From the IMG/VR virus record IMGVR_UViG_2541047739_000006: 34,603 bases of DNA. One strand, given 5' to 3'. Positions within the stretch are counted from its first letter, which is position 1, and each line of letters begins with the position of its first letter. The notes under the pieces are model-generated. The model saw only the letters and a list, made by a program, of their open reading frames with translations, had not been told where the DNA came from and did not search any database. Shown here in pieces: positions 1 through 8,945 of this stretch. Made by a program: the position numbers and the translations under genes. Source of the DNA: a virus (lineage: Duplodnaviria; Heunggongvirae; Uroviricota; Caudoviricetes).

Positions 1-1254
1 ATGCTGGAACAAATGGGCATTGCCGCGAAGCAAGCCTCTTATAAATTAGCGCAACTCTCCAGCCGCGAAAAAAATCGTGTGCTGGAAAAAATCGCCGATG
101 AACTGGAAGCACAAAGCGAAATCATCCTCAACGCTAACGCCCAGGATGTTGCTGACGCGCGTGCCAATGGCCTTAGCGAAGCGATGCTTGACCGTCTGGC
201 ACTGACGCCCGCACGGCTGAAAGGCATTGCCGACGATGTGCGCCAGGTGTGCAATCTCGCCGATCCGGTGGGGCGGGTAATCGATGGCGGCGTACTGGAC
301 AGTGGCCTGCGTCTGGAGCGTCGTCGCGTACCGCTGGGGGTTATTGGCGTGATTTATGAAGCGCGCCCGAACGTGACGGTTGATGTCGCTTCGCTGTGCC
401 TGAAAACAGGTAACGCAGTGATCCTGCGCGGCGGCAAAGAAACCTGTCGCACTAACGCTGCAACGGTAGCGGTGATTCAGGACGCCCTGAAATCCTGCGA
501 TTTACCGGCAGGCGCAGTACAGGCGATTGATAATCCTGACCGCGCGCTGGTCAGTGAAATGCTGCGTATGGATAAATACATCGACATGCTGATCCCGCGC
601 GGCGGGGCTGGTTTGCATAAACTGTGCCGCGAACAGTCGACAATCCCGGTGATCACTGGTGGTATAGGCGTATGCCATATTTACGTTGATGAAAGCGCAG
701 AGATCGCTGAAGCATTAAAAGTGATCGTCAACGCGAAAACTCAGCGACCGAGCACATGTAATACGGTAGAAACCTTGCTGGTAAATAAAAACATCGCCGA
801 TAGCTTCCTGTCCGCATTAAGCAAGCAAATGGCGGAAAGCGGCGTGACGTTACACGCAGATGCTGCTGCGCTGGCGCAGTTGCAGACAGGCCCCGCGAAG
901 GTGGTGGCGGTTAAAGCCGAAGAGTATGACGATGAGTTTCTGTCATTAGATTTGAACGTCAAAATCGTCAGCGATCTTGACGATGCCATCGCCCATATTC
1001 GTGAACACGGCACGCAACACTCCGATGCGATCCTGACCCGCGATATGCGCAACGCCCAGCGTTTTGTTAACGAAGTGGATTCGTCCGCTGTTTACGTTAA
1101 CGCCTCTACGCGTTTTACCGACGGCGGCCAGTTTGGTCTGGGAGCGGAAGTGGCGGTAAGCACACAAAAACTCCACGCGCGTGGCCCGATGGGCCTGGAA
1201 GCACTGACCACTTACAAGTGGATCGGCATCGGTGATTACACCATTCGTGCGTAA
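1..1254 (+). CDS. proA: gamma-glutamyl phosphate reductase (glutamate-5-semialdehyde dehydrogenase)
   Basis: 417-aa ORF recognised as full-length E. coli ProA ([21 protein letters not shown]... ends ...[12 protein letters not shown]); ATG at position 1. Confidence 0.96.
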   Translation: MLEQMGIAAKQASYKLAQLSSREKNRVLEKIADELEAQSEIILNANAQDVADARANGLSEAMLDRLALTPARLKGIADDVRQVCNLADPVGRVIDGGVLDSGLRLERRRVPLGVIGVIYEARPNVTVDVASLCLKTGNAVILRGGKETCRTNAATVAVIQDALKSCDLPAGAVQAIDNPDRALVSEMLRMDKYIDMLIPRGGAGLHKLCREQSTIPVITGGIGVCHIYVDESAEIAEALKVIVNAKTQRPSTCNTVETLLVNKNIADSFLSALSKQMAESGVTLHADAAALAQLQTGPAKVVAVKAEEYDDEFLSLDLNVKIVSDLDDAIAHIREHGTQHSDAILTRDMRNAQRFVNEVDSSAVYVNASTRFTDGGQFGLGAEVAVSTQKLHARGPMGLEALTTYKWIGIGDYTIRA

Positions 1255-1368
1255 ATAAAACCGGGTGATGCAAAAGTAGCCATTTGATTCACAAGGCCAT
1301 TGACGCATCGCCCGGTTAGTTTTAACCTTGTCCACCGTGATTCACGTTCGTGAACATGTCCTTTCAGG

Positions 1369-1444
1369 GCCGATATAGCTCAGTTGGTAGAGCAGCGCAT
1401 TCGTAATGCGAAGGTCGTAGGTTCGACTCCTATTATCGGCACCA
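1369..1444 (+). tRNA. thrW: tRNA-Thr, anticodon CGT
   Basis: 76-nt GCCGATATAGCTCAGTTGGTAGAGCAGCGCATTCGTAATGCGAAGGTCGTAGGTTCGACTCCTATTATCGGCACCA; cloverleaf with anticodon loop TTCGTAA and 3' CCA; sits immediately downstream of proA as thrW does in E. coli. Confidence 0.96.
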
Positions 1445-1578
1445 TTCAAACATCTCCCCAAGTCTACTAAAGTCTTTCAAAACCCCTTATAATCCGCGTA
1501 TTAAAGCCCCGTTCGTCTTTTGACGTCTACTAAAGTCCCTCAAAATCTACGGTCAGATGGGGGTACTTATGGGGGTAT
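1428..1578 (+). other. attL of P4-like element: core in thrW 3' end plus arm-type repeats (GTCTACTAAAGTC x2 at 1462 and 1525; ATGGGGGTACTTATGGGGGTAT at 1557)
   Basis: tRNA 3' end directly followed by direct repeats and then the integrase start. The 22-bp ATGGGGGTAC motif recurs at 21280 and an 11-bp piece of the tRNA 3' end recurs at 21363. Confidence 0.5.
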
Positions 1579-1609
1579 TTGCTGTTCGGTTTAGTGGAGG
1601 TACCCCCAA

Positions 1610-2824
1610 GTGAAACTCAATGCCCGTCAAATAGACACAGCCAAGCCAAAAGAGAAGGCTTACAAGCTGGCCGATGGTGGCGGTTTGTATCTCTTGGTAA
1701 AACCTAATGGAGGTAAATACTGGCGACTTAAATATCGTGTAGCTGGTAAAGAGAAGCTATTGGCACTAGGTGTTTATCCTGAGGTTACTCTAGCCGATGC
1801 TCGGGCAAAACGTGAAGATGCGAAAAGAGGTATCGCTGGTGGTATCGATCCGATGGAAGCGAAACGAGAGGAAAAGATTGCCCGGGAAACGCAGTTAAAC
1901 AACACCTTCAAAGATATTGCCCTTGAGTGGCACAGCAGCAAATTAAAAAAATGGTCTGCTGGTTATGCTTCAGACATCCTCGAAGCCTTCAACAAAGATG
2001 TGTTCCCTTACATTGGCAAAAAACCCATCGCCGAAATCAAACCACTTGAACTTCTGAATGTGCTGCGTCGCATCGAGGGGCGCGGTGCTACAGAAAAAGC
2101 CAAAAAAGTGAGGCAACGGTGCGGGGAAGTTTTCCGCTATGCAATAGTCACTGGTCGCGCAGAGTATAACCCTGCACCAGACCTTACTAGCGCGATGCAA
2201 GGCCATGAATCTAATCATTACCCTTTCCTTACAGCCAAAGAATTACCTGATTTTTTCAAGGCATTGTCCAGTTACTCAGGAAGCGCATTGGTTGTTATGG
2301 CGGCTCGTCTACTGATTATCACCGGCTTGCGGACTGGCGAACTACGTGGCGCATTATGGGATGAAATTGATTTCAACAAGGCTATCTGGGAGATACCCGC
2401 TTCACGTATGAAAATGCGGCGGCCTCATATTGTGCCATTGTCTGAGCAGGCTCTTTCGCTTATTGGGAAGATTAGAGAAATAACAGGCAATTACCCTCTT
2501 ATGTTTCCCGGGCGCAATGATCCAAGGAAAACAATGAGCGAGGCCAGCATAAACCAAGTGTTTAAGCGCATTGGCTACGCTGGACGTGTAACTGGTCATG
2601 GGTTCCGGCACACTATGAGTACGATTTTGCATGAGCAGGGCTATAACACTGCGTGGATAGAAACGCAGCTCGCTCACGTTGATAAGAACTCAATTCGTGG
2701 CACATACAACCATGCGCAATATCTGGATGGAAGGCGGGAGATGCTTCAATGGTATGCCGACTATATGGATTCTCTCGAGCATGGCGGAAATGTGGTGCAT
2801 ATGGTGTTTGAAAAACACGCATGA
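1610..2824 (+). CDS. P4-family tyrosine integrase (site-specific recombinase)
   Basis: 404-aa ORF with GTG start next to the tRNA; N-terminus MKLNARQIDTAKPKEKAYKLADGGGLYLLVKPNGGKYWRLKYR is typical of P4/CP4-57-type integrase arm-binding domains; C-terminal catalytic region with HGFRHT and LAHV motifs. Confidence 0.92.
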   Translation: MKLNARQIDTAKPKEKAYKLADGGGLYLLVKPNGGKYWRLKYRVAGKEKLLALGVYPEVTLADARAKREDAKRGIAGGIDPMEAKREEKIARETQLNNTFKDIALEWHSSKLKKWSAGYASDILEAFNKDVFPYIGKKPIAEIKPLELLNVLRRIEGRGATEKAKKVRQRCGEVFRYAIVTGRAEYNPAPDLTSAMQGHESNHYPFLTAKELPDFFKALSSYSGSALVVMAARLLIITGLRTGELRGALWDEIDFNKAIWEIPASRMKMRRPHIVPLSEQALSLIGKIREITGNYPLMFPGRNDPRKTMSEASINQVFKRIGYAGRVTGHGFRHTMSTILHEQGYNTAWIETQLAHVDKNSIRGTYNHAQYLDGRREMLQWYADYMDSLEHGGNVVHMVFEKHA

Positions 2825-3076
2825 AACAACTGGACAAGTATACAGAGGTTTACTAAAGTATAAGGGAGTAGATTGATAAAAACTCACAGAGGATTGCTAT
2901 TTAACAGTTAGCCATGGAGAAGGGCAATCGCTCTTTTAACAACGAAGATGGAATCTTCTACGCAGCTGAAAAGCTGGATGCTCTTTAACAGCCTTTGGTG
3001 CTTTTCTGATGCAGGAAAGAATAGGGATACATGCACCTTTACAATGCATGTAATGATTCATCCATGAGGCTGCGGA

Positions 3077-3213
3077 GCGCTGACAAAGCGCAATTGCTCT
3101 TTAACATTGATGTGGGCGGGATGGTTCGTCCCGCAGTGACCGATAGATTTCTATCGGGAAACATACAATGATTCAAATATGAATCTACGGCGCTGACAAA
3201 GCGCAATTGCTCT
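3077..3213. repeat. 24-bp perfect direct repeat GCGCTGACAAAGCGCAATTGCTCT (3077..3100 and 3190..3213) with shorter GCTCTTTAACA copies upstream (about 2930, 2980, 3095)
   Basis: Read directly in the int-alpA intergenic region; each copy contains the hairpin GCGC-TGACAAA-GCGC. Confidence 0.6.
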
Positions 3214-3475
3214 CTTGCCTGCCCACCATGCCCTGAAAAAGGGCGTTCTTTAAAACTACTGGATGTCACGCCTAATAGCGTGATCCTGCCGAAATGCAGG
3301 GTAGCTCTACCCTTGTGGAGCAAACAAACCAAAACAATCTGACTATCTTTTATAAAAGACCGCAATATGTTTTTCATATTGTGGTCTTTGGCGTATTCGA
3401 CATTTGACGCAAATAAAACTCTCGCCATTCGTTGCAGGAGGGGGTTATTGCGTCATTAGTACAGGATATTAATAA

Positions 3476-3679
3476 ATGGCTAATTACAATTCATTAATTC
3501 GTCTCTCTGAAGTTCAAAGGCGAACTGGTTATAGCAAAGCATGGATTTATCGTCTTATTAGTCAGGGGAGGTTCCCTAAACAGGTAAAAATTGGAAGTCG
3601 GGCAATTGCTTTTGTTGAGTCTGAAATAGATGAATGGATTGAGAAGTGTATATTAGAATCTAGAGACGAGGTGGCCTGA
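3476..3679 (+). CDS. alpA: AlpA-family phage transcriptional regulator / excisionase-like protein
   Basis: 67-aa ORF with the ...AFVESEIDEWIEKC... motif characteristic of AlpA/Vis-family HTH proteins of P4-like elements. Confidence 0.8.
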   Translation: MANYNSLIRLSEVQRRTGYSKAWIYRLISQGRFPKQVKIGSRAIAFVESEIDEWIEKCILESRDEVA

Positions 3680-4110
3680 TGGAAAAGAAAAACCGCCCAT
3701 TACAGGCGGCTAATTCAGATATTCGTGTATCTGATGTTACGCCCCTTACAAAATCCCTTCAAGCACCAAAGCGCACACCGAAAAAGCATCGTGCCAGAGT
3801 CTATATGCTGCGTACTGGTATAGAGGGATGGACAGAAAATGACATTCTTCGCTACTGCCGTCTGTCTTCTGGTCGTAACTATGCAACAGAGTTAGAACGC
3901 CAGCTTGGAATCACTCTGGAGCGTATCGACGAAAAGAATCCTGATGGTATCGGAACACACCTTCGCTACCGTTTCTCCTGCCGTGGTGATGTTCTGAAAG
4001 TGATCACTCATGTTAACCATCTTGCGAACATAAATGATCACAACGGACTTTCTCAGCAGGAAATTGCCGACATTCTGAAACTCTACCCGGACGCGTTTAA
4101 CGCCGCCTAA
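3679..4110 (+). CDS. hypothetical protein (P4-like element)
   Basis: 143-aa ORF; start overlaps the alpA stop (ATGA-type coupling); basic N-terminus. Confidence 0.6.
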   Translation: MEKKNRPLQAANSDIRVSDVTPLTKSLQAPKRTPKKHRARVYMLRTGIEGWTENDILRYCRLSSGRNYATELERQLGITLERIDEKNPDGIGTHLRYRFSCRGDVLKVITHVNHLANINDHNGLSQQEIADILKLYPDAFNAA

Positions 4111-4122
4111 CGGAGACTGAAA

Positions 4123-4956
4123 ATGAACATCGAAAAAAGCAGATTAATTTCTGAGGCCGCCCCTCATCTGAACGCCTCTCTGGGCACAATTAACGGTAAT
4201 GAATTTGCCGCAATTGTCCCGGTTATTCCTGGTCATATCGGTGGGCGTGAAACCAATATTGTTAGCGCAAAAGCGTTACACAAAGCGTTGGGCGTGGGAA
4301 AAGACTTCTCTACATGGATCACTGATCGCATCTCTGAATATGACTTCACCATTGGGCACGATTACTCAGTCCATAAAACAATTTCCCCAAATTTGGGGAA
4401 AAGCCCGAATGGCGCGGCTTACAGCAAGATAAAGCACTCTGGCAGACCCGGCAAAGACTATCTGTTAAGTGTCGGAATGGCGAAAGAACTGGCAATGATC
4501 GAACGCAATGATCAGGGTCGCGCTATCCGCCGTTATTTCATCCAGTGCGAGGAAGAATTACAGCGTAGCGTTCCTGAAATCGCCGCCCGCTATCGTCGCC
4601 AGCTAAAAGCCCGTCTCAGTGCCGCAAACAACTTTAAGCCAATGTGCGATGCGCTGAATATGGCCCGTGCCGAGATGGGTAAAACGACGCAGCAACACCA
4701 CTACACAAACGAGAGCAATATGATTTCTCGTATCGTTCTTGGTGGGCTAACTGCTAAGCAGTGGGCGCGGATAAATGGCTATTCTGGCGAACCTCGCGAC
4801 CATATGAACGCAGAACAGCTTGAGCACCTCTCATATCTCGAAAGCACCAATATCACGTTAATTGATATGGGCATGGAATATGAGCAGCGCAAAGGAGAAC
4901 TCACCCGCCTGTCGCAACGCTGGCTCGCCAAGCGTCTGGAGGCGGTCCATGTTTAA
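4123..4956 (+). CDS. phage antirepressor-like protein (AntA/AntB-type N-terminal domain)
   Basis: 277-aa ORF; segment ALHKALGVGKDFSTWITDRISEYDFTIGHDYS resembles the AntA/AntB antirepressor domain; family assignment by motif only. Confidence 0.7.
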   Translation: MNIEKSRLISEAAPHLNASLGTINGNEFAAIVPVIPGHIGGRETNIVSAKALHKALGVGKDFSTWITDRISEYDFTIGHDYSVHKTISPNLGKSPNGAAYSKIKHSGRPGKDYLLSVGMAKELAMIERNDQGRAIRRYFIQCEEELQRSVPEIAARYRRQLKARLSAANNFKPMCDALNMARAEMGKTTQQHHYTNESNMISRIVLGGLTAKQWARINGYSGEPRDHMNAEQLEHLSYLESTNITLIDMGMEYEQRKGELTRLSQRWLAKRLEAVHV

Positions 4957-5131
4957 GCCGACAGGAACACCACAACCTCAAAAACGCTACAAAGATGCCC
5001 ACGGAGCACTCGTTACTGTCGAAAGCGTGTCTCACAACCGAGTGACGTTTTATCGCGACGGGTATCAATCGCCATGCGTACAACCGCTGGCGCGCTTCAT
5101 GAAGGAGTTCGCGGAGGTTAACAAATGCTAA
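4949..5131 (+). CDS. hypothetical small protein (60 aa)
   Basis: ATG at 4949 overlaps the upstream stop (ATGTTTAA), GGAGG 8 nt upstream; the listed ORF 4862..5131 is probably an N-terminal over-extension. Confidence 0.45.
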   Translation: MFKPTGTPQPQKRYKDAHGALVTVESVSHNRVTFYRDGYQSPCVQPLARFMKEFAEVNKC

Positions 5132-5626
5132 CCGTCCAGAAGAAGATATTTTCACTGGCTGGTATGTCACCAAAATCCAGCAATATGACAGCAAAGTCTG
5201 GCATTAATACAGCAGATACAAGCAAAGTTTATCATTTTCTGGTGGTAGGAGCGGATGCCTTAACTATGTCAGAAATTACGGTCGATGGTGTTAGCGTTGA
5301 GAAGGTCAGCGGCTGCGCCAGAGAATTTCTGGTCGTAGATGGCTTTCTCTGCTCGCGTAGTGACTCCACAAAAACCTTCGTCCATACGCGCGACGTTAAC
5401 GAAATGAGCGCGATGTATTGTGCATCTGGTGCTTCCAATACTGAGTTTTCGGAGTCCATAAAAAAGAGCTTGCCGTTATGCGGCAACACGGTTTATGGTT
5501 ATAAGGCACCTCATAAAACGGGTGCCGGGATTGGCGTCCTGAAAATTCTGAAGGCGACATATGACGCGCCGGGTGATGCTGCCAACTTACTGATTTAGTG
5601 TATGATGGTGTTTTTGAGGTGCTCCA

Positions 5627-5902
5627 GTGGCTTCTGTTTCTATCAGCTGTCCCTCCTGTTCAGCTACTGACGGGGTGGTGCGTAACGGCAAAAGCACCGC
5701 CGGACATCAGCGCTATCTCTGCTCTCACTGCCGTAAAACATGGCAACTGCAGTTCACTTACACCGCTTCTCAACCCGGTACGCACCAGAAAATCATTGAT
5801 ATGGCCATGAATGGCGTTGGATGCCGGGCAACAGCCCGCATTATGGGCGTTGGCCTCAACACGATTTTACGTCACTTAAAAAACTCAGGCCGCAGTCGGT
5901 AA
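5627..5902 (+). CDS. insA: IS1 InsA
   Basis: 91-aa [43 protein letters not shown]...; recognised IS1 InsA. Confidence 0.95.
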
Positions 5903-6324
5903 CCTCGCGCATACAGCCGGGCAGTGACGTCATCGTCTGCGCGGAAATGGACGAACAGTGGGGCTATGTCGGGGCTAAATCGCGCCAGCGCTGGCTGTTT
6001 TACGCGTATGACAGGCTCCGGAAGACGGTTGTTGCGCACGTATTCGGTGAACGCACTATGGCGACGCTGGGGCGTCTTATGAGCCTGCTGTCACCCTTTG
6101 ACGTGGTGATATGGATGACGGATGGCTGGCCGCTGTATGAATCCCGCCTGAAGGGAAAGCTGCACGTAATCAGCAAGCGATATACGCAGCGAATTGAGCG
6201 GCATAACCTGAATCTGAGGCAGCACCTGGCACGGCTGGGACGGAAGTCGCTGTCGTTCTCAAAATCGGTGGAGCTGCATGACAAAGTCATCGGGCATTAT
6301 CTGAACATAAAACACTATCAATAA
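5821..6324 (+). CDS. insB: IS1 InsB (expressed as InsAB' by -1 frameshift)
   Basis: 167-aa ...[47 protein letters not shown]...; recognised IS1 InsB. Confidence 0.95.
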
Positions 6325-6961
6325 GTTGGAGTCATTACCGACGCGCCGAGCGTCTTTTTTTATGTCGTAGGTCTGACTCACCCATTTTTTGGGCGTTGGT
6401 GTATAATCCAGCGCCTTTGTCAATCAATGGTGGCTCAGGCGGGGGCTTCTTCGGAAGCGCCGGTATCCTTCAGAGCCGGTTACGCCAACCCTGTCTGGGC
6501 TACCACCAGCGAAATTGGCGTTTCCGGTGGTAGCGTAACCTGCTATCTGAAGGAGGCTGCCACATGCTGGCTACTACCCCTACCCAAAAACCGCAATTTA
6601 TCTGGATTATCGCCGCAGTTCGCCGCGATTGCCCGACAATTACCGCCAAAATTCATCATATTGCTGCCGAGTCTGAACGCGATGCTCGCCGTTCTCTGGT
6701 GCGCGATCACGTCTGCTTTTTTGCTGGTCGTATCCGCATGGAGGTGGCACATGATTAAAACCTACGATGTGCATATGGATCCCCTCGAACGCACAAGCCA
6801 GATCATCACACTGACAGAAGTGATTAACGACATTCTGGTGAGCAACTCTCCCTCACGAGACGAAAGGCTGAAGGCGTTACTCGCGATATTGGATCTCGCC
6901 GTTCGTGACGTTCATTTCCTGCTGGAAGGTGGCGAAATGCCAGGAAAAACGGGGGCAACCA

Positions 6962-7156
6962 ATGAATAACTCAATTAATACCCCTCGCCTTACGTCCGCA
7001 CTTCAATTAATCGAGCAAGCAGCGGCTGTCCTGGTTGCTGTCAGTCTTTCGGCTGAAGAAATGGACGCTGCTGATGTCGTGGATGCGATTAAAGCGTGCT
7101 CATCTTTGGTTAACGATGCCCGTGCCGAGCTGGTAATTCTTGGGGGTGAAAAATGA
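6962..7156 (+). CDS. hypothetical small protein
   Basis: ATG 6962 overlaps the upstream stop; first gene of a chain of translationally coupled ORFs leading to the primase. Confidence 0.5.
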   Translation: MNNSINTPRLTSALQLIEQAAAVLVAVSLSAEEMDAADVVDAIKACSSLVNDARAELVILGGEK

Positions 7157-7416
7157 ATATCAACTTAATTTATCGTCATCCGTGTGAGCTGGAAATTGAA
7201 TCATTGCTGGGGCGTGAAGAGCCATATCCAGACTCATTCACTCCCGCAGATTGCGCGACTGAACGGCTTACCAGAGCGCGCACAGGTCTGGTTCATGTGA
7301 TGAATGAGATTGTTCCCTCGGTGGGAGGGGAACAGGCGACAGTAATCAATAGCTGGCTACAAAAAGTTACCTCCCTGATAGATATCGGTTTAATCGATGT
7401 GGAGAGTGCGAAATGA
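7153..7416 (+). CDS. hypothetical protein
   Basis: 87-aa ORF; start overlaps the preceding stop (ATGA). Confidence 0.55.
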   Translation: MNINLIYRHPCELEIESLLGREEPYPDSFTPADCATERLTRARTGLVHVMNEIVPSVGGEQATVINSWLQKVTSLIDIGLIDVESAK

Positions 7417-7634
7417 CCAACATCCAGCTCATTGAAGCGCAATGTCGCATCGAACAGGTTCAGACTGTTTTAGGGTTCTGGCTTGAAGGGGCCAGCCCCA
7501 GCAACAGAGACAAGTTAATGATTGGCGCGGTTATGTCACTGCTCAATGGCGTACCAGAAGCTATTCAGGAAGCGGACGAATTGTTGGGCAAATATGAGTT
7601 ACAGAATCATTCAGGCGAGGCGAAACATGAATAA
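7413..7634 (+). CDS. hypothetical protein
   Basis: 73-aa ORF; ATGA overlap with the upstream gene. Confidence 0.55.
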   Translation: MTNIQLIEAQCRIEQVQTVLGFWLEGASPSNRDKLMIGAVMSLLNGVPEAIQEADELLGKYELQNHSGEAKHE

Positions 7635-8229
7635 TTTCTTAACTTTCCATGCAGAAGCAACGCCTGACGGCGTAAACATCATGTACCGCAGCAACGATGG
7701 CATGACAGAACGCGTTGAGGCCGTCTCATATATTGATGCCGTAAATCGTCTGGATGCCGGGGATTATGACGATAAACCAGATGAAGGTATGTCAATACAT
7801 CTCGCTATTGCCGATGGCGGCAACCAGGGATATTTCGATTACACATCACAGCATAACGTCATTATGTGGAGATGGCTGATCGCAACAGTATTCATGCTGG
7901 AAATGAGAGAGGAAAACGGCACTGTCAGCATCATTGATGATACTGGCAATCCTTCCGAAGTGGCTGTTTATTCCAACGGCATCGTCGCCATGCCGCTGTA
8001 TCCAGTAGCAGAGCGCCTCGCTATGGCAAACAACATTGAGGGCGCGATGATAGAACGTTTTGGCATCGAGTCTGGCACAGAACGCGCCATCATTTTCTAC
8101 AGAGCCATGATGGATGTGGAACAAGGAGCACTGACTCCATTTGGTCGTGAAACGCTTGCTGAACTTCACAACAGCTTTATAGCTGAACTGAATGAAAACG
8201 GCATGCCAGCGGAACCAGTGACGCACTGA
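7627..8229 (+). CDS. hypothetical protein (200 aa)
   Basis: ATG 7627 overlaps the upstream stop; the listed 7522 start looks like an over-extension. Confidence 0.6.
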   Translation: MNNFLTFHAEATPDGVNIMYRSNDGMTERVEAVSYIDAVNRLDAGDYDDKPDEGMSIHLAIADGGNQGYFDYTSQHNVIMWRWLIATVFMLEMREENGTVSIIDDTGNPSEVAVYSNGIVAMPLYPVAERLAMANNIEGAMIERFGIESGTERAIIFYRAMMDVEQGALTPFGRETLAELHNSFIAELNENGMPAEPVTH

Positions 8230-8239
8230 GGATGGAGCC

Positions 8240-8581
8240 ATGATTACTAAAAATTTCCGACTGAATGCGCTGGCAAATAAGTATGCGTCGGCACTGTATA
8301 ACCACATTACCTCCACCAGCGGCGGGGACTATTTCATGGTTGATGCGGACGGCGAGGCCGTACGTGTGGAAATCGTCAATGGAGTAAAAGGCGTTCGCAG
8401 CCTGATCGATAGCTACACACTGGCAGCCATGAAAGTGTTCTACCCGCAGTGGGAAACCGTGGGGATCGAGCTTCTTGAGCGTTGCGTCACTAAGGACGGA
8501 TTGACTGACGTCGGGCGTGAGATATGGCAAAGCATGGTTAATGACATGGGCGCAACTGTAGCGGGAGGTTCTCATGCGTGA
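8240..8581 (+). CDS. hypothetical protein
   Basis: 113-aa ORF; GGAG before the ATG; same operon. Confidence 0.6.
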   Translation: MITKNFRLNALANKYASALYNHITSTSGGDYFMVDADGEAVRVEIVNGVKGVRSLIDSYTLAAMKVFYPQWETVGIELLERCVTKDGLTDVGREIWQSMVNDMGATVAGGSHA

Positions 8582-8945
8582 AAATGCAGAAATGGCGCTT
8601 AGCTCCGCAATCGGAGAGCAGGTGGCAAAGATTGCTGGTGCTGTGTGGATTCATAACCTTCATTCTACTGGTGAAGAGAAAATGGCAATTCAGACGCCAG
8701 AGGGACGCACCATTACTACATCTCTGAAGCCGTCAGATGTTTGTGATCTGATTTGCGCATTCATGTACCCAGCAATGAGGACTGTCCACGGCGATAAGTG
8801 GAAACTTGCGACAACCGCTGAATTTGATATGTGGCTAAACAATGATGGCATGCTGACTGATTACGGAATAACCAAGTGGCAGATGCTGGTTAGCCATATC
8901 GCAAACGCTATAGACCACGTGGGGTACGGTGATGCGAAACATTGA
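8574..8945 (+). CDS. hypothetical protein
   Basis: 123-aa ORF overlapping both neighbours by a few bases. Confidence 0.6.
   Translation: MRENAEMALSSAIGEQVAKIAGAVWIHNLHSTGEEKMAIQTPEGRTITTSLKPSDVCDLICAFMYPAMRTVHGDKWKLATTAEFDMWLNNDGMLTDYGITKWQMLVSHIANAIDHVGYGDAKH

Larger units (their letters stand above)
5572..6339 (+). mobile_element. IS1 (768 bp), complete, flanked by 9-bp target duplication GACGCGCCG
   Basis: Ends GGTGATGCTGCCAACTTACTGAT ... CAATAAGTTGGAGTCATTACC; duplication at 5563..5571 and 6340..6348; encodes InsA and InsB. Confidence 0.97.
5125..6969 (+). pseudogene. hypothetical gene interrupted by IS1 (exons 5125..5571 and 6349..6969; about 355 codons when rejoined)
   Basis: Frame stays open across the IS1 junction once IS1 (768 bp) plus one 9-bp target duplication is removed (777 = 3 x 259); GGAGG before ATG 5125; no in-frame stop between 6349 and 6427. 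Confidence 0.5.

Noticed and set aside
39-1335. Minus-strand ORFs 39..254, 741..1052 and 946..1335 overlapping proA
   Set aside because: Antisense to a well-recognised full-length housekeeping gene; such shadow ORFs are expected by chance.
1970-2887. Short ORFs inside or overlapping the integrase gene (1970..2218, 2402..2677, 2613..2837, 2679..2876, 2690..2887)
   Set aside because: Embedded in or antisense to the integrase frame, with no independent start signals.
3039-3428. Minus-strand 129-aa ORF in the int-alpA intergenic region
   Set aside because: Overlaps the direct-repeat and hairpin cluster, has no Shine-Dalgarno sequence, and is better explained as regulatory DNA.
6543-6758. Alternative-frame ORFs 6564..6758 (+) and 6543..6752 (-)
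   Set aside because: They lie inside the long frame that stays open across the IS1 junction, which is much stronger coding evidence; treated as overlapping artefacts, though not excluded.
7522-7626. N-terminal extension of the ORF listed as 7522..8229
   Set aside because: It overlaps most of the upstream gene; ATG 7627 with the usual stop/start overlap is the more plausible start.
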